64,000 nt of DNA, taken from positions 373,364,001 through 373,428,000 of the forward strand of contig NW_027362769.1 in NCBI RefSeq assembly GCF_046119375.1, given 5' to 3'. The notes below the pieces were generated by a model. It saw nothing but the letters and a program-made list of their open reading frames with translations, did not search any database and was not told the DNA's origin. Within the stretch, counting starts at the first letter, position 1; each line of letters begins with the position of its first letter. Below are positions 19,215 through 27,887 of the stretch, one piece after another. A program made the position numbers and the translations under genes. The stretch comes from Phyllobates terribilis (Eukaryota).

Positions 19215-20253
19215 TGTGTCACCCTGGCCTGGATGCCACAAGTGTAATTAAAGCTGTGTCTGAGAGCAAGGGGGAGGTTCTCTAGTCAGGGGAACATTAG
19301 CATGCAATGCCTCCTGTCTCAGGCCAGTAGGGGGAGCTGGCTGCCCCTATAAAAGCTGGTACTGGGGGCAGGGTTAGAGAGAACTGGATGGCCTGTCTCA
19401 GCACTGAGACGTGTCCCAGAGTGGAGCAGGGACAGAAAGTTGATTGCACCTAAGAGGAAGTGTGGCAGTAGGAGAGCCACCAGCCAGAGACGAGAGGCGA
19501 AGAGAGCCTGTCTTGGCAAATCAGAGACTGACCTTACCAGACTTTGGTGTCTGAGGCTAGAAGGATTCCACATCCCCCAGCAGAGAACCAGTCCGCAAGG
19601 GACTGTATATTCCTTGGCCTAAGAAGCCTGGAGGCCCTGCCACAACTGAAGGGACCAGTAAAGCCGTACCAGGCCTGGAGCAGAAAGGAACCCACGTCGC
19701 AGGCCATACAGGCGAGAATACACGGAAAGCTCGGAAACGTGGGCTGTTACCCTATAACGAGGAGATAGCCAGAAGGAGCACAGAAAGCACGGTAGGCCTA
19801 CACCCTCACCCTGACCAGGGCCAATTTCCCCGTTGCTCTTGGACATCCAGGTCCCCTCCTAGCTGGGACTGTTTATGGGTCAGTTTACCTGTTTCAGTAA
19901 AGACCCTGGACTGCAACCTGTTGTCTGTGTGCTCCTTGCTCCTCCAGCACTATCAGCACTGGGATTCTCACTACCATCACTCCCACCATCCATTATACTG
20001 CCCTGGGGCCGCACTCTTCCCGTGGGGAGTCACACTACCCTAGCTGCACACCTCATCAGCCCCAGCGGTCTGCATGCAGCGGCGGTTCCTCATAACCGCA
20101 ATCCACGGGTGGCGTAGTCGGACATAAACATCAGCACATAACGGACTACCACTGGCCTGACCACCCTGAGCCACGGAACCGGGTTGCCACTACTACTCCC
20201 ATCATTCCCCTACTGCCCGGATCCGAGTGCCCCACGGCCAAGGGGGCGAGTCA
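19215..20253 (+). repeat. 3' LTR (1039 bp)
   Basis: Copy of the 5' LTR with an extra 11 bp (AGCCAGAAGGA); TATAAAA at 19348-19354. Confidence 0.95.
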
Positions 20254-21035
20254 CAGTCATCAAAGCAAAAGGTGGCTACTTTGAAGAACCTAGAATATAA
20301 GACATATTTTCAGTTGTTTCACACTTTTTTGGTAAGTATATAATTCCACATGTGTTAATTCATAGTTTTGTTGCCTTCAGTGTGAATGTACAATTTTCAT
20401 AGTCATGAAAATACAGAAAAATCTTTAAATGAGAAGGTGTGTCCAAACTTTTGGTCTGTACTGTATATATACATATATTTCTCTGTGGTATCTGTGCATC
20501 ATGAATCATGGTATGTGTTAAAGGGGCCCACTGAGACTCTTTCGCCTGGGGCCCAGAAAAACCTGGAGCCGGCCCTGACCCCGGTGTTGTATTTTGTAAT
20601 CAAATTTATCCTCTTATTCTGGGCTTCATAGGAGTATAAAGATGGCGGCACAGGGAAAGACTCCTCAGGAGAGCCAGGGCCGACACCGCAGGAATGGCGT
20701 CGGTACTGGAGGTGAATATAGGTGTTATTATTTTACATACGGGAGACATAGGGAATGAGAAGGGGTGATCTGAGCAATGGACAGCCCCTTTAATTGCTGC
20801 CGTCAGCCCGCTCCATGCACGCGCACCCGACATCCACTGTATATATATGGCGAGGTGAGACCCCCGAAGCGAGCCTGGAGCCGGCCCCGTATGGGATAAT
20901 GGGATAACATGGAGTAACTCGAGTATATACCCTTAATACTATGTAATTGTTCCCTAATGTCACAATTATTGGGGCTCCATGGCTGGATCTCGAGGGCAAC
21001 ATGAGGTCAGCAAGGGTTGCATTCCTCGCCGCCCA

Positions 21036-21224
21036 TGACGTCGCCATCTCCTGGTGACGGAGTTAATGAATTGTTAATGCTCCTGGTTAATTTATTATCT
21101 CGGCTGTTTCCCTTGTGGTCAGCGATGTGACTCCGCCATGTGATACCCGGGGTCCTCCCTGTTGTTTACATTAATCACCTGGTTGCCATGATCTGTCCCC
21201 GTCTCCTGGGGTTGCTATGGAAAC
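21036..21224 (+). promoter_or_regulatory. Motile-cilia/sperm-type promoter of the TEX47-like gene
   Basis: CRE-like TGACGTC 21036-21042; forkhead TGTTTACA 21163-21170; half X-box GTTGCCATG 21182-21190; full RFX X-box GTTGCTATGGAAAC 21211-21224, ending 64 bp before the ATG. Confidence 0.7.
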
Positions 21225-21288
21225 CTAGGAGCTGCTCGCCGTGCCGGCAGGTTCTTATGCAGCATCTGTGACCTACAGAGCATCAGTC

Positions 21289-24200
21289 ATGGCCGCTTAT
21301 ATGAGACCCTCGTCCACACCGGGTCTCCCCCGCATCTCAGCCCTGACCGTGCTCCTTGAAGCCCGGCACATGGTTCGTGTTATCTGTCCGCTTTCCTAAT
21401 ATTGTCCAGCCACTTTTGGTTGTAGAGAATTAGAAAAACATGTCTGCTTTATTCCAGAAAAACAGCGCCACACCTGTCCATGGTTGTGTCTAGTACTGCA
21501 AGTCAGACTCATTCACTTCAGTAGAGCTCAGCTCTAATACCAGACTCAGCCCACGGACAGGTGTGGCGCTGTTTTTTTTGTTGTTTCAAGAAATCAGTCA
21601 TTTTTTTGTAATCGTGTATGTTATGGGTTCCCCTGGTGAGGTTGGTTTGCTAATCCATTTCACCAGGAGAGTAATTGACTAGAGCGAGGTACAGCGGATT
21701 GGGATGAACCAGATGGCTCTGGAACAGCAGAGCTGGATATGCAGGTCGCTATGGGAACAGCAGTGCTGGATATGCAGGTCGCTATGGTAACAGCAGTGCT
21801 GGATATGCAGGTCGCCATGGGAACAGCAGTGCTGGATATGCAGGTCGCTATGGGAACAGCAGTGCTGGATATGCAGGTCGCTATGGGAACAGCAGTGCTG
21901 GATATGCAGGTCGCTATGGGAACAGCAGTGCTGGATATGCAGGTCGCCATGGGAACAGCAGTGCTGGATATGCAGATCTGCACTGGAGTGGTGTGGAACA
22001 GCAGAACTGGATATGTTAATCAGCACTGGAGTGACGTGAAACAACCGAGCTGGATACATGTAGGTGAGCACCTGGACCAGCAGATTTGGATATGCAGGTT
22101 GGCACTGGAGCAGTGTGGAACACCGGAGCTGGTATGTAGGTCAGTACTTGGACCAGCATGGAACAGCAGATTTGGATATGCAGATCGGCACTGGAGAAGC
22201 GTTGAACAGCACAGCTGAATATGCGAGTCAGCACCTGGAATAGTGGAGCTGGATATGCGGGTCGGCACCTGGAGCAGCATGATACAGCAGAGCTGGATAT
22301 GCAGGTGGACACTTGGAGCGGCTTGGAACAGTGAAGTTGGATATGCAGGTTGAAACGATGGAACAGCAGAACAGAGTGTGCAGAGAGGCATCTTGGAACA
22401 GCAGAGTCGAGTAAGAGGACAATAAACACGAAGACATCTGTCCAGTGTTGAAACGCAAAGCTCTTTTTCATTTAATAAATTCTTATAACGATATTAATGC
22501 CTGTCCGTCTTACTCAGCAGCGCTTATATTACCCCATTATTTATTAGAATTTTTTAACTATTTATCTGAGTAAGAGCACAGGCACCTTGGAACAGCAGAG
22601 TCGAGTGTACAGTATAGCTGAGATGAGTATGTCAGAAGACACACTTTAGAATAAATGTACCAGAGTCCAGTACTGGGTACGCAGAGTTCAGGTATTTAGT
22701 AGCTAGCCTGGGCACTGAACCACGTGAATACTCTGCCTGGGCCAGCCTAGGCCTAGGGGAACGAAATCAGAGGTGCACACTGGGTTGTCAAAGTATCCAT
22801 TTTATTCATCTAATCTTTGTGCCATCATTTCTGCAGAAGTCAATAACTCATAGGCTGATCTACGTAGCGAGGATGACTCCAGAGCAAGCGCATCGCAGGG
22901 ATATACCAGGTAACTGTGCAAAAGTACAAACTTTGAAAACTTTTTTCTTACATAATTGCATGTACTTTGAGCTACAAATTTTTTTTTGGAAATGGGTTTC
23001 CTTAAAAATTGTGCACCGTTTTGCTTTTACAGGCTCTTTCTTTCCCTGCACATTCAACTTTGAAGCACTTTCAGAGGTGTGCCGAAAAAAAGATAGATAA
23101 GAGATCCAAACCCTCTTGTAAGATCAGAACTCACTGATGTATTCTCAGTGAACTCATTCTGCAGCCAGGGAAACAAAAAGTCTGTAAAAGCCAAACGGTG
23201 CAATTTTTTTTAAAGGGAATCTGACAGGTGATTCATGTTGAAGGAACTGCAGCAATCATGACAAACCTGTGACTCGCGGGAAGCGGGGGATGGAGGGGAA
23301 GCCATCTGAGCAAGGTGGTCCTAAATTGCCTTTTTAATGTTTCTTTTTTTCTGAAACAATGCAGGATTTCAGAGTAAAACATACGTGGCTGAAATGCTAA
23401 GCCGCATTCTGATTCAGTCGTCAGTTTCCCTTTAATTCAAAAACTTATTTTTATCCCCAAATTTATTCATTAAAAAAAAAATTCCCCTGTGGGGGTCCAT
23501 ATTTAAAGGGGTTTTCCAGGGCATTCCTTTATTTATTTATTTTTTTAAAGCAGATCTATCACCAGATTTTACAATATCAACTGCACACATTAATAAATAG
23601 ATCTTAGACCTAAGGAGGCCGGTGTACTTACTTTTAAAATCCATGCCTTTATACAGTAGCACAAGATTTCTTGTATAAAAAAAAACATAATAATGATTTA
23701 TTTTTCTCTGCACACAGATCATTACGAAAGATTATTTAATCGACTGATAAAATCCAACCTTGGAGAATCCATCTCCGGATTACTGCTGCTCTACCCCAGC
23801 TGTGTCATTCATATGATCGAGGTTAGTGCTATGAAATGGGAATGTGGACTGGGAATTAAAGGGGTGTTCCAGGAATGTAATATCTTTTTTTAATAAGTCA
23901 TTGATATCTGGAGGGTGGGGTCCTCCCCAAGTGAATGGGAAAAATTGCAGTACCGTTCCTAACCACTATACGTTGAACTTTTGTGACAGTTTTTGGTATA
24001 AACTAAGTCCTAAAAAGTCGCAAACTGCACAAAATCTTCTAAAAAGTTGCAAATTGCTAATTATTTTTACAGCATTCTTGCCAAAAGTTGAAAAAGTAGG
24101 CAAAAAATACAAGGAGGGGGTATGTCCAAAAAACTTTTTAGGCAGACTTATTAAGCCTTAAGCCAGAAAATGTCACACATTTTCCACCTGCATCTATGCC

Positions 24201-26539
24201 TTTTAACCCCTTTTGTGGCGTGATTTTTCTTTTTTGCACTTTTGTTTTTTCCCTCCCCTTCTTACAAGAGCCATGCCTTTTCATTTTATTCTTCTATCAT
24301 CATATCTTATATAAAAAAAAATGGTTTATGTCACCGTTTCCTGAGACCCGTAACTTTTAATTTTCAGTCGATGGAGCTGTGTAACGGCTTGTTTTTTTTT
24401 ACATGACAAACTGTAGATTTTATTGGTACCATTTTTGTGTACATACGGACAATACCAAATATGACAATTTCTATCTCATTATTTTTCATCTGAAAAAAAG
24501 AGGGATTGACTCAAGCTTTTGGATTTTTTTTGTAATATTTCTTAAAACATTTTTACTTTATTTTCCACTTCATAAATGGGCATTGTTGGATAGGGCTTGT
24601 TAAAACAACCAATTTTACAATTTACTGCTTCTTAAACTTTCCAGCCGTTCTTGAGATATTAACACTTTTCTTTTGTTTAGATCTTGTTTCCATGGAGACC
24701 GAGCACCACTGCTGGACAGCAGAACATGCGCAGTGCTTACAAGCTAGTTCAGCAGCGGTGGTCGGTCTCCTAGGCAACGAGCTGTAAACAAAAGTGTTAA
24801 TATCTCAAGAACGGCTGTAGATTTTAACAAGCAGTAAATTGCAAAAGTGCTTGATTTTACAAGCTCTATCTGACAATATCCATCTGTGAAGATGGGAATA
24901 ACCCCTTTAATTCTATAGTATTGCAGTATATAGTAGAAATGACAATCTCCTATGAAGTCCTACGTAACTGTTCTGTATGTTGTTAATGCATCCCTATTTA
25001 CTGCTTCCATAGGCTTCTTCCGAAATCCTTTCTGGGATAAATCAAGACCTCATCCAGATCCAGAATCAGGGTGCAAAGTACGTGATTATTATTTTTTGTT
25101 AGAACCAATACCGAAATAAGTGTTTTCTACCACTGCTGGAATAATTATGTAAAACCTCATGCAGCCTGCAGGTCTGATCCTCACAATTTACTGTGTCCGC
25201 ACACAACTCATCCATGTTTTTCTAGCTCACTTCTGCAGGACATCAAAATCCTTGTGATCTCCCACGACATCCGGAGCCGGCTGCTTCCGCAGTGGTATTT
25301 CCACATGGTGAGGCTGCCGTCACAGTACCTGGGTGACTTTGGGTCTGGACAGTCAGAGGAGACCGTGGTGGAAGAATGTCTCACTCTCATGTTGAAGTTA
25401 GGAGTCTTCTTGGCTCAGACTCTAAGTGTAAGTTCACACATAGCAGAAAAAAAACACAGTGGATTTTATCCGCTAGTAGAAAATTAGCTTTTTGCATTTT
25501 ACTGTCATTAGTTTCTGCAGCGTGATTGCAGTCACACACATGCTCCGGTGTTTCAGAGAAAAGTTTGAAAAGCTGACCGGGGACCACTCGGGCTGAAACC
25601 TGACCATTTAGATGTGGATCTCCAGCTGGCTTATCCCCCCCCCAGCACCGGGTGATTGACAGGTTTTTCCCTATATACACACACAAGGCCTGTCACGCAA
25701 TTGGCGTGGGGCTGGAAGAAGCTTTACAAACTGCTCATATATCAGCACAGCTTCTATCCTGCACTTATTTACTTTCCACCTTATCTGCAGCATTTTTTTC
25801 TGCTCTCCATAAGACTTTAGATACTTTCTCCCCTGTCCGCTGCACATCTGTGTGCACCTACCTTCCTGCTGCTACCTCTAGCACTGGGTGAAGGGAGGTG
25901 AGAGCAGATAGAGCCTGGAGCAGGAGTTCTGATCCACTCGTATCAGTTTTGCAAAAGCACTCAGCTAGATAAAGGATGTCACAATCTGCAGCAGCAAAAC
26001 GGTAGAAAATCTTTAATGAAGACTATTTAGAAAGTTTCTTAACTTTGCACTTAACAAATGAACAACAAAGGTTAAGATGTATAGGACAGTGATTATAGGA
26101 CGTAATATATTGGAAGCCGAAGTTCTGGACCTGTGGTAAAGCTTTTATTATAACCGAATGTATTTCTACAGCCTGGCAGCAAAGGTCCGGGAGGAAATCT
26201 GCATGACTTAGTGCCAGACCTGATGGTCAGAGAGGAGAACATCGACTTTCTTATTCGCTCCGAGAGGTTTCTCACACCAGAAGAGTTCCTCAAAATGTAT
26301 AACAAGCCAGTCAACAGTTCTGTTGCTTCAGGTAAACCTGTAGAGAGCGCGGCATGGGGTCACCTCTCCTGCCAATAGGATAGGACGACGCATGCTGATA
26401 ACAAATGTAACCTAGCGGGTATCAGTGACGTCACCAACACCCGGTCACTTTTTTATGCGGAACTGATCACAGATCACATTTATATCCTTGTTTCCTTACA
26501 GATCTTCTATGGCCCGCTCCTCAGCATCTGTATGTATAG
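21289..26539 (+). CDS. TEX47: TEX47 (C7orf62)-like protein, 7 coding exons, 241 aa, BLUF-like N-terminal domain
   Basis: Exons 21289-21372, 22837-22909, 23718-23821, 25013-25077, 25226-25427, 26172-26331, 26502-26539. All are GT-AG with compatible phases, 726 nt in total, no internal stops. Protein blocks match recalled human TEX47: HRLIYVAR; HYERLF...LGESISGLLLLYPSCVIHMIEASSE; KILVISHDIRSRLLPQW; GSKGPGGNLHDLVPDL; FLKMYNKP; LLWPAP. AATAAA at 26613-26618. Exon 1 is the least certain (weaker donor GTTCGT). Confidence 0.87.
21720..21975. repeat. 33-bp minisatellite in TEX47-like intron 1, with a degenerate tail to ~22400
   Basis: Unit GAACAGCAGTGCTGGATATGCAGGTCGCTATGG, about 8 copies. Confidence 0.9.
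24596..24910. mobile_element. Small palindromic MITE remnant with a CCCCTTTAA end
   Basis: CAGCCGTTCTTGAGATATTAACACTTTT (~24642) is inverted against AAAAGTGTTAATATCTCAAGAACGGCTG (~24791); ends ACCCCTTTAA. Confidence 0.55.
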
Positions 26540-26612
26540 AAGACATCCCGGCTCCTCCTCGGCTCCTAGATCCCTTCATTCACTGCTCGCGGTTTTCTTC
26601 AATATTTCACAA

Positions 26613-26618
26613 AATAAA
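26613..26618 (+). terminator. Poly(A) signal of the TEX47-like gene
   Basis: AATAAA starting 74 nt after the stop codon. Confidence 0.7.
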
Positions 26619-27149
26619 CAAAATACAAGAATTAAACTATTGTGGTGACTCTTTATTGTTCAGTAACACGAAGACATTACTCCTAGGCTGCGTTATCCAA
26701 TGTGCACGTACTGCCGGCTTCACCCCCGGCATTGCAGTGAAGTCCATGGTGGATAAGCAGCATGAACTCACATTGGCGCTGCTCAGTGGCAGAGATTCTC
26801 ACCCACAATGCAGGTCTGTATCTTCCAGACTGACAGTCGGCAGCGCATCCATCCTGTACGAATACAGACTGAGAGGGTAGTCTACTACAGCAGTCTTCAG
26901 GGCCAGATGTATCCAGCTGGATTTGCAGGAAGTGAATCACAAAAAATGTGGTTGCCGGTAAATAATAATCTTTTTATTTATATAGCGCCAACATATTCCG
27001 CAGCGCTTTACAATTCAGACAATTTATCAGCACTGTCCCCATTGGGGCTCACAATCTAGGTAAATCAAAGCAAATTGGATTGGTGCGGAACTAATCAGCT
27101 CATCCCCACTGACGCCCCCTCGTCTCCACCGCTATCCCCATAGACGGTC

Positions 27150-27690
27150 TCTAGTCTCAACCGACGTCCGCTCGTCCCCGTCGATGTTCCCTCCTCCCCA
27201 CCGACGTCCACTTCTCCCCATCGATGTTCCCCCGTCCCCACCGACGTCCGCTTGTCCCCATCAATGTTCCCTCGTCTCCGCCGACGTCCGCTCGTCCCCA
27301 TCGATGTTCCCCTGTCCCCACCGACGCCCTCTCATCTCCATTAATGTTCCCTCGTCCCCATCGATGTTCACTCGTCCTCGTCCGCTTGTCCCCATCGATG
27401 TTCCCCCGTCCCCACCGACGTCCGCTTGTCCCCATCGATGTTCCCCCGTCCCCACCGACGTCCGCTTGTCCCCATCAATGTTCCCTCGTCTCCGCCGACG
27501 TCCGCTCATCCCCATCGATGTTCCCCCGTCCCCACCGACGTCCGCTTGTCCCCATCAATGTTCCCTCGTCTCCGCCGACGTCCGCTCATCCCCATCGATG
27601 TTCCCTCGTCCCCATCAACGTCCGCTCATCCCCATGTTACCTCATCTCCACCAACGTCCACTCATCCCCATCGATGTTCCCTTGTTCCCA
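27150..27690. repeat. CpG-rich ~40-bp minisatellite just upstream of PGP
   Basis: Unit CCCATCGATGTTCCCCCGTCCCCACCGACGTCCGCTTGTC (40-bp period between 27391 and 27431). Confidence 0.88.
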
Positions 27691-27887
27691 CCGATGTACC
27701 CTCCTCCCTACTATCATTATGTGCGATGTTGCCTTTCTGATCGACCAGTTTTCCCTGCAGCCATGAGACGGTGTAGTATCGCGCAGACATTGATCTGCGG
27801 CCTCGGTCGGTGACTGAGCTCCTCGGTCGGTGACAGATCTCCTCGGAGCCGCCTCTTCCGATCCCTCCCGGCGTCCAGTGAGAAAAC

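Larger units (their letters stand above)
12244..20253 (+). mobile_element. Full-length Ty3/Gypsy LTR retrotransposon (8010 bp)
   Basis: TG...CA LTRs; 4-bp TSD CAGT (12240-12243 and 20254-20257), which restores the Tc1 sequence AAAG-CAGT-CATC; PBS; PPT; gag, then pol in PR-RT-RH-IN order. Confidence 0.97.
10820..20463 (-). mobile_element. Tc1-like DD38E (Intruder-type) transposon, ~1630 bp, interrupted by a Gypsy element inside its 5' TIR
   Basis: TA TSDs at 10818-10819 and 20464-20465. TIRs of ~268 bp (10820-11087; 12182-12243 plus 20258-20463) start CAGT(G/A)CAGACCAAAAGTTTGGACAC and overlap the transposase C-terminus. Confidence 0.92.
9220..20577. mobile_element. hAT-like non-autonomous element (~1.7 kb of its own sequence) hosting nested Tc1-like and Gypsy insertions
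   Basis: Imperfect 15-bp TIRs CAGGGCCGGCGTCAG (9220) and rc CAGGGCCGGCTCCAG (ends 20577). Flanking 8-mers AACCCGGT (9212-9219) and ACCCCGGT (20578-20585) match at 7/8, the TSD length typical of hAT. Confidence 0.72.

Noticed and set aside
21739-22218. 159-aa ORF from the 33-bp repeat as a possible extra TEX47-like exon
   Set aside because: The nearest upstream acceptor (21666) leads to stops in all frames, and exons 1 and 2 already join in phase with homology-consistent spacing.
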